A DNA stretch of 64,000 nucleotides from Bacillota bacterium (GCA_003242505.2 QGUP02000001.1:1917-65916), one strand, 5' to 3'. Positions 18,919 through 28,157 are shown, counted from the stretch's first letter. Numbers and translations: made by a program. The notes: generated by a model from the sequence alone, not told the origin.

Positions 18919-19785
18919 ATGGCGAGCCTGGCCGAGTTCAAGACGGCGGAAAAGTCCTGGTGGTGCCCGGGCTGCGGCGACTTCGGCGTCCTGGCTGCCC
19001 TCCAGAAGGCCCTGGTGGAACTCGGGATCGAGCCCGAGAATGTGGTCATCGTCGCCGGTATCGGCTGCTCCGGCCGCATCGGGAACTACATTTACTCCTA
19101 TAACTTCCACACCACCCACGGGCGGACGATGCCGGTGGCCCTGGGGGTGAAGCTCGCCAACCGGAACCTGACGGTGATCGCCACCGGCGGCGACGGCGAC
19201 GGCTACGCCATCGGCATGGGCCACTTCCTCCACGCCATCCGCCGGAACCCGGACATCACCTACATCGTCATGGACAACCACATCTACGGCCTGACCAAGG
19301 GCCAGACCTCGCCGACCTCCGACCCGGGGTTCAAGACCAAGACCACCCCGCAGGGGAACCTGGAGCGGCCGGTGCGGCCCCTGCAGCTGGCCATCGCGGC
19401 GGGCGCCACTTTCGTGGCCCAGGGGTTCAGCTCCAACCAGAAGCAACTGGTGCGCATCTTCAAGGAGGCCATCACCCACAAGGGCTTTGCCCTGGTGAAC
19501 ACCATCAGCCCGTGCGTCACCTTCAACCGGGTGAACACCTACGACTTCTACCGGGAGGCGCTGGTGGACCTGGACGAGGACCCGAACTATGACCCGACGG
19601 ACCGGGTGGCGGCGATGCGGAAGCTGATGGAGACGGACGAGTTGGTGACGGGGATTGTCTACCGGGAGCCGGAGTCGATTCCCTTTGAGGAGAAGCTGCC
19701 GGGGTTCCGGCCGGAGCCCATCGTCAGCCAGGACTGGCGCCTCTCCCGGGAAGAGTTCGAGCGGTTCCTGGACGCTTACCGGTAG
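18919..19785 (+). CDS. korB: 2-oxoacid:ferredoxin oxidoreductase beta subunit, copy 2 (start ATG 18919; GTG 18907 possible)
   Basis: Protein is identical to copy 1 except for the first ~12 and last ~15 residues. No second korA accompanies it. Confidence 0.85.
   Translation: MASLAEFKTAEKSWWCPGCGDFGVLAALQKALVELGIEPENVVIVAGIGCSGRIGNYIYSYNFHTTHGRTMPVALGVKLANRNLTVIATGGDGDGYAIGMGHFLHAIRRNPDITYIVMDNHIYGLTKGQTSPTSDPGFKTKTTPQGNLERPVRPLQLAIAAGATFVAQGFSSNQKQLVRIFKEAITHKGFALVNTISPCVTFNRVNTYDFYREALVDLDEDPNYDPTDRVAAMRKLMETDELVTGIVYREPESIPFEEKLPGFRPEPIVSQDWRLSREEFERFLDAYR
18956..19738 (+). repeat. Identical core of the tandem korB duplication (copy 2)
   Basis: See 17840-18622. Confidence 0.85.
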
Positions 19786-19846
19786 GGGTGGCCTCCCGTC
19801 GGCGTGGCTCCGGCAAGCCGCGGAGGCAAGGCGCGGAAAGGAAATC

Positions 19847-19900
19847 GCAAGGGCGGCCCGTCGTGGCCGCCCTTGCCCGTTCTGGGTTGTTCTGGGTTGT
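19847..19900 (+). terminator. Rho-independent terminator after korB copy 2
   Basis: GCAAGGGCGGCC-cgtcgt-GGCCGCCCTTGC (12-bp perfect stem), followed by a T-containing tail that is itself a 10-nt tandem repeat (GTTCTGGGTT x2). Confidence 0.6.
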
Positions 19901-19936
19901 TGACGCCCTCTGGCCGGTTCGCCCCCGCTGCCGGGG

Positions 19937-20098
19937 TCAATCGACATAGGGCTCCCGGGGGCCGGTGGGCAGCCCCGGCACCGCGTCCGCCAGGTACTGG
20001 GTCTCGCACTCGGGGCACAGGGAGGTCTTTTCCGAGGCCGGCCCGGAGGGGGGGAGGGCCTGCCCGCACCAGGCGCAGTACTCGCCGGTCTGGTGCAT
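19937..20098 (-). CDS. Small zinc-ribbon protein (53 aa; below the ORF-track cutoff)
   Basis: ATG at 20098, 7 nt after AAGGGGGT. MHQTGEYCAWCGQALPPSGPASEKTSLCPECETQYLADAVPGLPTGPREPYVD has a CxxC...CxxC pair. Same strand as the helicase/TPR genes and downstream of them. Confidence 0.45.
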   Translation of the reverse strand: MHQTGEYCAWCGQALPPSGPASEKTSLCPECETQYLADAVPGLPTGPREPYVD

Positions 20099-20187
20099 CT
20101 GCGGTACCCCCTTGCGACTTTCTCACCGGTAGGATTCCCCCTCCGGGGCCATCGACCTTCTCGAAATCATCAATCGCTTGTATAGGT

Positions 20188-22053
20188 TTAATCCATAGGA
20201 TCGCCGACCGTTGCTAGCGCTGCCGCCAGCGGCGCCCGCAGTTCCCTGGGCACCACGGCAATCCGGTGCCGGCGGCCGTTGAGGAGCGCCCGGCCCACCA
20301 TCAGGAGGCACCGGGCCCGGAGCTGGCCGATGGGGGAAGTGGGGGGGTGCTTGTCCCACCAGAACCCGTCCCCATCCTGGCTACCGAAGCGCCGGGTGAG
20401 GGCGGAGAGCCTGCACCAGCCTCCCCGGTCGAGGACATACCGCAGGGCCTCCCGGGCCTCTGGGGAGACCTGGGCCAGCACCTGCCGCAGCCGCTCCGGG
20501 TTCCCCATGGCCTCCGCCAGCCGCCGGGCCCGCTCCTTTCGCAGCCGCACCGGGGGCAGGCCGAAGGCGGCGGCAGCCGCGTTGAGCCACTGCACCGGCA
20601 CCCGATTGAGGGCCGTCAAGAGGGCGATGTCGGGCCGGATGGGCTTTTCGTCCTCCTCTTCCCGCCAGAAATCGCCCACCTCGACCTCGCTGACGGCCAG
20701 TTCCGCGGACAGGTGGGCCTCCAGTTCTGCCACCTTCGCGGCCAGGTCAGGGCGGAGGCCGGTGCGGGGAATCCGGCTGAGGTAGTCCGCTGCCCGCTCC
20801 AGGTCGCCCCGTTGGAACCACAGGCCGGCCAGGTTGAGCAGCACCGCCGGATTGTCCGGGGCGAACCGCTCCACCGCCTCCAGCCGGAGCTGCGCCTCGT
20901 CCAGTTCTCCCCGGCGGCGCATCAGGTTGGCCAGGGTCATCATGGCGGGCGGGTAGAAGTGGCCGGACGCTTCCAACTCCAGGAGCAGCCGGTACGCCGC
21001 CTCCTCGTCGCCGGCGTCCCGGAGCCGGATGGCCTCCTTCAGCACCCGGTCCAGTTCGGGGTCAAAGCCCTTCATCTCCACGTGGAAGACGGAGAGGGTG
21101 GTGGGCCGGCCGTCCACCACCGCCGGGATGGGCTCCTCCTCCCGGAAGACGCCCCGCTCCACCAGGGCCTGGGCGGCGCCCAGTTTGACCGGGAGGTCCA
21201 CCCGGTTGCTGGAGAGAAGCCGCCGGCCCAGGTTCACCCCCCACTCGCCGGTGTAGAGGACCAGCCCACGGGCCAGTACCTGCCGGTCGGGGACCCTGGG
21301 GTCGAAGAGGAGGGCCAGGAGCCGCATCCGGACCAGGCCGCTGGCGGGGAGGGTTGCCAGGGTCTTCTCGTCCAGGGGCTCCTTTCGCCAGACCGAGGGA
21401 TGTTCCTGGTATTCCAGAGGGAAGGGTGGCACCTCCCCCAGGGCTACCAGTTCCGCCACCTGGGCCAGGGCCTCCAGGGCCGCACTCCAGGCCGGGTGGG
21501 TGGCCCGGCGCCAGTACCGGGCTGCCTGCTCGTATCGCCCCAGGTTGAACGCCGCGGCCCCGGCGTAGAAGGCCGCGGCGGGCTCCTCCCGGCCCGGCCA
21601 GCGGTTGTGCAGTTCCAGCACCAGCCGGTGCTGACCCAGGATCCCGGCGGTTTGCTTGATGAAAAGGGAGTACTCGGTCCACGACGCCCGGGCGGGGCCG
21701 GCCGCGGCCGGGTCCCGGAGCCCCCGGTCCAGGTCCCGGATGGCGGCCTGGAGGGCGGCTGCGGCTCCCTGGGTGTCCCCCAGGGCGTGGTAGGCCCTGG
21801 CGGCCAGGGCCCGGCTGTAGGGGACCGGGTCGGTGCCCTGGAGCAGAGGCTCCAGCACCGCCAGGGCTCCCCGGTGGTCGCCGGCGAGATGCCGGCACAG
21901 GGCCCAGTTGTTCAGGGCGGCGGGGTGGGGATAGCAGCGGTAGGCCTTCCGGAACCGCCTTTCGGCCTCCGCGAGGCGCCCCTCGTCCAGGAGCCGCCGG
22001 CCAGCCTCGAGCAGCTCTTCTGCCTTTTCCAGTTCGGGCGGGTACTGGTTCAT
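20188..22053 (-). CDS. TPR-repeat protein with a C-terminal XPB-N-terminal-like (helicase-associated) region
   Basis: Start at MNQYPPELEK (22053). Multiple TPR-like Ala/Leu repeats. The C-terminal ~200 aa (SPEAREALRYVLDRGGWCRLSALTRRFG...GQLRARCLLMVGRALLNGRRHRIAVVPRELRAPL) resembles the domain found N-terminal to XPB-type helicases (from memory). The upstream 529 aa of the ORF-track entry overlap the helicase in another frame and are rejected. Confidence 0.7.
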   Translation of the reverse strand: MNQYPPELEKAEELLEAGRRLLDEGRLAEAERRFRKAYRCYPHPAALNNWALCRHLAGDHRGALAVLEPLLQGTDPVPYSRALAARAYHALGDTQGAAAALQAAIRDLDRGLRDPAAAGPARASWTEYSLFIKQTAGILGQHRLVLELHNRWPGREEPAAAFYAGAAAFNLGRYEQAARYWRRATHPAWSAALEALAQVAELVALGEVPPFPLEYQEHPSVWRKEPLDEKTLATLPASGLVRMRLLALLFDPRVPDRQVLARGLVLYTGEWGVNLGRRLLSSNRVDLPVKLGAAQALVERGVFREEEPIPAVVDGRPTTLSVFHVEMKGFDPELDRVLKEAIRLRDAGDEEAAYRLLLELEASGHFYPPAMMTLANLMRRRGELDEAQLRLEAVERFAPDNPAVLLNLAGLWFQRGDLERAADYLSRIPRTGLRPDLAAKVAELEAHLSAELAVSEVEVGDFWREEEDEKPIRPDIALLTALNRVPVQWLNAAAAAFGLPPVRLRKERARRLAEAMGNPERLRQVLAQVSPEAREALRYVLDRGGWCRLSALTRRFGSQDGDGFWWDKHPPTSPIGQLRARCLLMVGRALLNGRRHRIAVVPRELRAPLAAALATVGDPMD

Positions 22054-22118
22054 TCCGTGCCACGCTCCCTGGGGGATCGGGGTGTTGCCGCCATGGGCGG
22101 CGGGATGGCCGGCTCCTT

Positions 22119-25031
22119 CTACTCCAACTCCACTGTCACCGGCGGCCGGTCCATCCGCCGCATGCACTGGTCGATCTTCTCCTTGATCGGGTCCGGGCCC
22201 ACGGCCCGCCGGACTTGCCGGAGGAGGTCGATGGTCCGCCGGAAGGCGTTGATCAGATCCCCTTCGGAGAAGGAGTAGTCGTGGAGGATCGCCACGAAGT
22301 CCCGCTCCCGGGCCCAGTCGTAGGCCGGGGCATAGAACCCCCGGTGGAAGTTCTCCGCGTACCGGGCGACGATCCCCAGGGCCTGCCGCACCGGCCCCGA
22401 AGGCTTCCGGGGCATGGTGTCCCCCTGCTCCTTGCCGTCGAAGGCGAGGCAGGCCAGGAGCGCGCAGATCTCCTCCTCCCGGGCCCGGTGGAAGAAGCCG
22501 CTGAAGTAGAGTTCCGTCACCGCGATCTCCTCGACGTGGATCTCCCGGGCGAAAACCCCCCGGGGCAGGAGCTGATCCCCCGCGATGAACTGCAATTCCT
22601 CCAGCCGCTTCTTCCAGGAGTAGAACTGCCGGAGCAGTTCCTCGGCCACCCGCTGCCCCCGGCGGGCCCGCTTCTCGTGCCGCTTCAGCTCCGCCTCCAG
22701 TTGCCGGTACTCCCCGAGGTGCTCCTGGCACCGGGCCAGCTGCTCCGGGGTGTGGGGGATGGGCTCGGCCTCGGCGAGCCGGCTCCGGACCTGGGTCAGC
22801 CGCTCTTCGGTCTGCCGGCGGAGCCGCCGGGCCCGGGGGCTGTCCATCTCCTCCAGTTCCCGAAGCTTCTCCTCCAGGTGGCGGGCCTCCTCTTCCCAGG
22901 GAGCCCGAACCGCCGGGCAGGCCATGGTCCCGGGCCGCTCGCACAGGAGCGGCTTCAGCTCCTCCAGCCGCCGGCGGGCGGCCGCAGCCCGCTCCTCGTG
23001 GATCTTGCCGGCCTGGTTGGCCTGGAACACCTTGAGGGAGCGGGTGAGCACCGCCTCGATCTCTTCCGGAGAGCGGGTGGCGATCAGGTTGAGGACGGTG
23101 TTCGGCCGCAGTTCGAGCCGGGACATCACCGGCTCGGGCCTCAGCCGGGCGAAGTCCCGGACGCCCTCCTGGTCGTGGGTGCTCAGGAGCAGCACCGCGT
23201 GCCCCTCCCGGTCGATCCCCCGGCGGCCGGCCCGGCCGGCCATCTGGTGGAACTCCAGGGCGGTGAGGGGCCGAAAGCCCTGGCCGTCGAACTTCCGCAC
23301 CCCGTCGAAGATCGCCGCCTTGACGGGGAAGTTGACGCCCACCGCGAAGGTTTCGGTGCAGTAGAGGACCTTTACCAGCCCGGCCTCGTACAGCTCCTCG
23401 ACGATCTCCTTGGCCTGGGGCAGCATGCCGGCGTGGTGGAACCCCACCCCCCGGACCAGGCACTCCCGCAGCAGCCGGTAGCTGCCCGAGCCCCGGAGCA
23501 CCTCGGTTTCCCGCTCCTCCAGGAGGGCGAGGACCTGGTCCCGCTCGTCGTCCCGGAGGAAGTCCATGGCCAGGGAGAGCTCCCGGGCCTTCTCCTCGCA
23601 GCCCATCCGGCTGAAGACGAAGTAGAGGCACGGGAGCCACCCCCGCCGGGCCACCCGGCGCACCACCGCGACGTGGTCGGCCCGGCCCCGGTCCCGATCC
23701 CGGCCGCCCCAGCGGCGGCCCCGGACCGGCTCCTCCAGTTCGGCCAGGGCCCGGTCCAGGTCGGTGATCCGGCCGGAGGGGCCGGCATAGTGGATGGAGA
23801 GGGGCACCGGCCGCCGGGACTCCAGGACCACCCGGGTGGGGCGGCCGGTGACCGACTCGATCCAGGCGGCGATCTCACCGGCGTTGGCCACGGTGGCGCT
23901 CAGGGCCAGGATCTGCAGGTGGGGCGGCGCGAAGATGATGCTCTCCTCCCAGGCGGCGCCCCGGTCCGAATCGAGGTAGTGGACCTCGTCCAGGACCAGG
24001 TAGCCGTACCCCTGGAGGGACTCGGGATGGCCCACGGCCATGTTCCGGAAGATCTCCGTGGTCATGACCAGCACCGGGGCGTTCTCCCGGATCACCACGT
24101 CGCCGGTGATGATCCCCACCTGCTCGTGGCCGTGGATCCGGCAGAGGTCCCGGAATTTCTGGTTGATCAGGGCCTTGATCGGCCCGGTGTAGATGAGGCC
24201 GACTCCCTCGGCCCGGGCCCGCTCCACCAGCCGCTCAGCGATGAGGCTCTTCCCCGAGCCGGTGGGGGCGCTGACCAGCACGTTCATCCCCTGGGCCAGC
24301 AGCCGCTCGGCCTCGAGCTGGAACCGGTCGAGGCGCACCGGTCGGCCCTTGCCCGCCGGCACGTAGACGAGGTCCGTCTTATCAGCCGTCGGACCGGCGC
24401 TGGCGGTGTCCAGGGGTGCGCCGGCGGTGGCAAGGACTGCCCCGGCCTCCCGGGAGGGGTCTGTCATAGGCGCAGCGTCGCCAGCGGCCCGGCGCCCGTC
24501 CGCCGCGGCCGCCCAGCTGGCGGTTTCCTGGCGGCGGTGCGCCGGGGCGGAGGCGTCGCCAGCCTTCCCGCGCCGGCGGCTCCCCGGCTGCCGGCGGCCC
24601 CTGAGGGCCTCCAGTTCCAGCGGCGGGTCGGCCAGGAGGGCCCGGACGTCCCCCCGGCGGAACCGGGGGCCGCCGTCACCCAGGGTGGGGATCAGCAGGT
24701 CGGCTTCAACCAGGACCGCAAGCTCCCGGGGGCCCAGTCCCAGGAGTTTGCCGGCTTCCCCGGGGGTGATGAGTTCCTCGTCCCGGATGGGGTCGAGCCG
24801 TGCGGGGTCCCGGAGGCACTCGACGACGGAGGCCAGGGTGATCAGCCGCTGCCGGCCGGCGGGAATGCCCTCGAGGAGGCCGAGCTCCAGGGCCTTGGCC
24901 AGTTGCTCCGGCTTGAGCTTGAGCAGTTCCCGGGTTTCCCGTTCCGTCAGAAGGGCCGCGCCGGAGACCGGCGCCCCCGGCGGGGCCTTGAGCTCTGCAG
25001 GAGTCAACCCGAGAGCCTGGCGGTTTTCCAC
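22119..25031 (-). CDS. Ski2/HelY-like DExH helicase with two N-terminal HTH (excisionase/MerR-like) modules and a DSHCT-like C-terminus
   Basis: GTG after GGTGAGGTGA. Motif I APTGSGKS, motif II DEVH, motif III SAT, the Ski2 hallmark GVGFHHAGMLPQAKEIVEELYEAGLVKVLYCTETFAVGVNFP, motif VI QMAGRAGRRG. C-terminal ...FSEGDLINAFRRTIDLLRQV. The N-terminus has two HTH-like segments. Confidence 0.9.
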   Translation of the reverse strand: MENRQALGLTPAELKAPPGAPVSGAALLTERETRELLKLKPEQLAKALELGLLEGIPAGRQRLITLASVVECLRDPARLDPIRDEELITPGEAGKLLGLGPRELAVLVEADLLIPTLGDGGPRFRRGDVRALLADPPLELEALRGRRQPGSRRRGKAGDASAPAHRRQETASWAAAADGRRAAGDAAPMTDPSREAGAVLATAGAPLDTASAGPTADKTDLVYVPAGKGRPVRLDRFQLEAERLLAQGMNVLVSAPTGSGKSLIAERLVERARAEGVGLIYTGPIKALINQKFRDLCRIHGHEQVGIITGDVVIRENAPVLVMTTEIFRNMAVGHPESLQGYGYLVLDEVHYLDSDRGAAWEESIIFAPPHLQILALSATVANAGEIAAWIESVTGRPTRVVLESRRPVPLSIHYAGPSGRITDLDRALAELEEPVRGRRWGGRDRDRGRADHVAVVRRVARRGWLPCLYFVFSRMGCEEKARELSLAMDFLRDDERDQVLALLEERETEVLRGSGSYRLLRECLVRGVGFHHAGMLPQAKEIVEELYEAGLVKVLYCTETFAVGVNFPVKAAIFDGVRKFDGQGFRPLTALEFHQMAGRAGRRGIDREGHAVLLLSTHDQEGVRDFARLRPEPVMSRLELRPNTVLNLIATRSPEEIEAVLTRSLKVFQANQAGKIHEERAAAARRRLEELKPLLCERPGTMACPAVRAPWEEEARHLEEKLRELEEMDSPRARRLRRQTEERLTQVRSRLAEAEPIPHTPEQLARCQEHLGEYRQLEAELKRHEKRARRGQRVAEELLRQFYSWKKRLEELQFIAGDQLLPRGVFAREIHVEEIAVTELYFSGFFHRAREEEICALLACLAFDGKEQGDTMPRKPSGPVRQALGIVARYAENFHRGFYAPAYDWARERDFVAILHDYSFSEGDLINAFRRTIDLLRQVRRAVGPDPIKEKIDQCMRRMDRPPVTVELE

Positions 25032-25238
25032 CGAATCACCTCACCAGGGAGTTTCCCCAAAATGGGGTCGGCTTCCTGTCGGGCGGATGGGCTCCGGCCC
25101 CGTGCCGGGGGGCGGGCCCATCCGGCCCGCGGCGGAGGCCCGGGCTTGTGGCTGGCCCGGGCGCCGGGTAAGATGGGGAGAGGATGACCACTCGGGTCCC
25201 GGCCCGATGGGGCCGCGCCTTTCTGCACAGGAGGCACG

Positions 25239-26639
25239 TTGGCGGCACAGTTGGCAGTTCAGAAAGGAATGCAGAAGGCGGGAACCGGCTCCGGCCAGCC
25301 GCCGGACGACCGGCGGGCTCTGCGCCGGGAGATCCTCTGGCTGGCGGTGCCGGCGGCAGCGGAGCAGTTCCTCGCGAGCCTCACCCAGATGGTGGACACC
25401 GCGCTGGTCGGGCCCCTGGGGCCCGTGGCGGTGGCCGCGGTGGGGCTGAGCACCCAGCCCCTCTGGTTTCTGATGAGCCCGTTCATCGGCATCGGCGCGG
25501 GCCTGGGGGCGCTGGTGGCCCGGGCGGTCGGAGCCGGGGACCGCCGGGAGGCGGCGGATGCGGTCCGGCAGGGGATCCTCCTGGGCAGCGCCCTGGCTCT
25601 GGCCGCGGCCGCCGGGCTCTGGGCCGGCGCCCCGGGGCTCCTGGGGTGGCTGGGGGCCGAGCCTGACGTGATACCTGTGGCGGTCGCCTACCTCCGGGCC
25701 CTGGTGCCGGGGCTGGCGGCCCTCTTCCTCTCGCTGGTCTTGGGCAGCGCCTTCCGGGCTGCGGGGGACACCCGCAGTCCCTTCCGGATCAGCCTGGTGG
25801 CCAATGGCCTCAACCTGATCCTGGCCTGGGCCTGGATCTACGGCCGTCTCGGCCTGCCGGCCTGGGGGGTGGTGGGGGCCGGGTGGGCCACCACCGTCGC
25901 CCGGCTGGCGGCCCTGGGGCTGATGCTGGCCGTGCTCTTCCGGGGCCGGGGTCCCCTGGCCCTCCCCCTCCGGGGGGTTTTCCGGGCAAACCCGGGGCTC
26001 ATCCTCCGCATCCTCCGGGTAGGGGTGCCCGCGGCGGTGAACCGGCTGCTGGGCTCCGGCGCGTACCTCGTCTACCTGCGGCTGGTGGCCGGCCTCGGCA
26101 CGGTGACCATGGCGGCCCACTACACCGCCGTGGTGGCAGAAGAACTCTCCTGGATCGTGGCCGGCGGCATCTCCGTCGCGGTGGCGGCCCTGGTGGGACA
26201 GGCCCTGGGGGCTCGGCAGCCCCATCGGGCCCGGTTGGCCATCGCCGAGGCGGTCTACCTGGGCGGAGGGCTGATGGCGGCCGCCGGCCTCTTCTACCTG
26301 GCGGTGCCCGAGTGGTACCTGCGGATCTTCACCCGGGATCCCGCGGTGCTGGCCCTGGCGGCAACGGCCCTCCGGGTGACCAGCGCCGGCCAGATTCCCA
26401 TGGTGCTCTCCGAGGTGCTCCAGGGCGCCCTGGCCGGGGCCGGGGACACCCGGGTGCTGGTCTGGATCGCCGCCTTCGGCGGCTGGGTCGTCCGGCTGGG
26501 GGCCGCCTACTACTTCGTCACGGTGCTGGGCTGGGGACTGGCCGGCTGCTGGGCCGGTGCGGTCCTCGACTGGGTGGCCCGGCTCGTCCTGATGCTGATC
26601 CGGGTCCGGAGCGGCCGCTGGCAGGAGGTGCGGGTCTAG
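25239..26639 (+). CDS. MATE-family efflux transporter
   Basis: TTG start 4 nt after AGGAGG. 12-TM protein with a MATE N-terminus (LWLAVPAAAEQFLASLTQMVDTALVGPLG). Confidence 0.9.
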   Translation: MAAQLAVQKGMQKAGTGSGQPPDDRRALRREILWLAVPAAAEQFLASLTQMVDTALVGPLGPVAVAAVGLSTQPLWFLMSPFIGIGAGLGALVARAVGAGDRREAADAVRQGILLGSALALAAAAGLWAGAPGLLGWLGAEPDVIPVAVAYLRALVPGLAALFLSLVLGSAFRAAGDTRSPFRISLVANGLNLILAWAWIYGRLGLPAWGVVGAGWATTVARLAALGLMLAVLFRGRGPLALPLRGVFRANPGLILRILRVGVPAAVNRLLGSGAYLVYLRLVAGLGTVTMAAHYTAVVAEELSWIVAGGISVAVAALVGQALGARQPHRARLAIAEAVYLGGGLMAAAGLFYLAVPEWYLRIFTRDPAVLALAATALRVTSAGQIPMVLSEVLQGALAGAGDTRVLVWIAAFGGWVVRLGAAYYFVTVLGWGLAGCWAGAVLDWVARLVLMLIRVRSGRWQEVRV

Positions 26640-26710
26640 CGTCCCGATGCCTGCGGCGCCGGGGTACCGGCGCCGGGCAGGCCAGGCTTTAGGCGTAAAC
26701 GATTTCGTCG

Positions 26711-26740
26711 AAATCCACAGATTTGTGCACATTATCCACA
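26711..26740 (+). promoter_or_regulatory. Cluster of three same-orientation DnaA-box-like 9-mers
   Basis: AAATCCACA (26711, 1 mismatch), TTGTGCACA (26723, 2 mismatches) and TTATCCACA (26732, perfect). Spacings are 12 and 9 nt. They lie in an AT-richer spacer between two convergent gene ends. Confidence 0.4.
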
Positions 26741-26825
26741 GGGAATGACGAGACGTTCAACTTGCAACGCTCCGGTGCCCGCGAAATACCGCCGGACCGC
26801 CGCCGGAGGACCGGCGCTGTCGGGC

Positions 26826-28157
26826 TCACCGGTCGGTCTCCACCCCGGCGCAGAGGTTCTCGGGGCCGAAGGGTTCGTGGCTGTAACCCCAGTAGGCCGG
26901 GGGCTCCGTGGGGCTCAGCCCCCAGACCCTGGCCGCGGCCCGACAGCCGGCCAACACGTCCGATGCCCCGGGGCCGGCGGCGGCGACAAAGGCCTGGGAC
27001 CAGCGGGCGTAAGGGCCGTCCTCCCGCTCGGCCGCCTCTGCCAGGGCGGCGACTTCATCGGTACGGCCCGCCAGAGCGGCCAGCACCAGCAGCCGGAACC
27101 GGGCCAGGGCCCGGAGGAAGGGGGCCTCCAGGGCGGGATCGGTCCAGTACTCAAGCTGGTCGCTGGCCGTCAGGACCTCCTGGTAGAGCTGCCGGGCCCG
27201 GGCGAGGTCTCCCTCGCGGGCCGCCTCCGCCCCGTCCACCAGCCGGAAGTGGGCGTACCGGCTGGGGGCCCGGGTGTGGGAGGCGAGGGAGAAGCCGCCG
27301 CCGTCCCAGCGGTAGACCCAGGTCTCCGGCCGCTGGGGACCGGCGCCCACGGAACCCACCCCGGCCGCGGTCACCCAGACCTCCGTACCGTCGAGGCGCG
27401 CCTGGCCTCCCGGGACCTCGGGCACGGTGAGGAGGCTCTGCCAGCCGCCGGGGTCCCGGCGGAGGACCGAGACGGTGAGAAAGCAGGTGTGGGCCCCGCA
27501 GGACTGGCTCGCGGCCACCACCTCCGCCCCGCCGCGGCCATCGAAGTCGGCGGTGGCGACCAGGCCCGGGTTCAGGACCGGCGGCGGCAGCGTAGGGTCC
27601 TCCGGGGTTGACCCTTCCGCCAGCGCGGGCTCGCCGACGATGGGCACGGGTTCGGCCCGCCAGGCGTCTCCATCGGCCCGGACGGCGACCAGGTACCCGG
27701 CCCGGAATCCGGCCGGATCGGCGCCGCTCCAGCGGAGGGGAAGGAGGTACTCCGGCCGGCCGTCGCCGTCCAGGTCTGCGGGGGTGAGGCTGTCCCCGGG
27801 GTCCCAGGCCTGCCAGGCCGCGGCCAGGGCCGAGAGGTCCTCCGGCCGGCCGCCGGCCTGGAGCCACCGGTCGAGGGCCGGGACCAGTTCCACCGCCCGC
27901 CCGGGACGGGGCGGCAGCGGGGCCGGGCGGCTGCCCGGGGTCCCGGGCTCCCCGGAGGGTTCGCCTCCCTCCGGCGGGACCTTGCCGGCATCGGTGCCGC
28001 CCTCGGCCGGGGCCGCCGGCCGGTCCGGGCCGAGGGCCGGGACCGGGGTCTCGCCGGGTCGGCGGAGATAGACCGCGGCCAGGACGAGGCCGAGGACGGC
28101 CAGTCCGGCGGCCAGAATCGGCAGGGCCGCCTTCCGGCGGCCCGTGGGCATCGGCAT
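26826..28157 (-). CDS. Membrane-anchored hypothetical protein (FG-GAP/VCBS-like DxDGDG segments, helical C-terminus)
   Basis: ATG 7 nt after AGGAGGGA. One N-terminal TM, a Pro-rich linker, DLDGDGRPE and ADFDGRGGAE motifs, and a TPR-like C-terminal part. Confidence 0.6.
   Translation of the reverse strand: MPMPTGRRKAALPILAAGLAVLGLVLAAVYLRRPGETPVPALGPDRPAAPAEGGTDAGKVPPEGGEPSGEPGTPGSRPAPLPPRPGRAVELVPALDRWLQAGGRPEDLSALAAAWQAWDPGDSLTPADLDGDGRPEYLLPLRWSGADPAGFRAGYLVAVRADGDAWRAEPVPIVGEPALAEGSTPEDPTLPPPVLNPGLVATADFDGRGGAEVVAASQSCGAHTCFLTVSVLRRDPGGWQSLLTVPEVPGGQARLDGTEVWVTAAGVGSVGAGPQRPETWVYRWDGGGFSLASHTRAPSRYAHFRLVDGAEAAREGDLARARQLYQEVLTASDQLEYWTDPALEAPFLRALARFRLLVLAALAGRTDEVAALAEAAEREDGPYARWSQAFVAAAGPGASDVLAGCRAAARVWGLSPTEPPAYWGYSHEPFGPENLCAGVETDR

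Noticed and set aside
22054-23640. N-terminal 529 aa of the 1150-aa ORF 20188-23640.
   Set aside because: It overlaps the helicase gene in another frame and is Pro/Gly/Arg-rich. A clean start (MNQYPPELEK, 22053) with TPR sequence follows the helicase stop by 65 nt.
26700-26745. DnaA boxes considered as the chromosomal origin (oriC).
   Set aside because: There are only three boxes. No dnaA, dnaN, rpmH or AT-rich DUE is nearby. The flanking genes converge on the site. It is kept only as a non-origin DnaA-box cluster.
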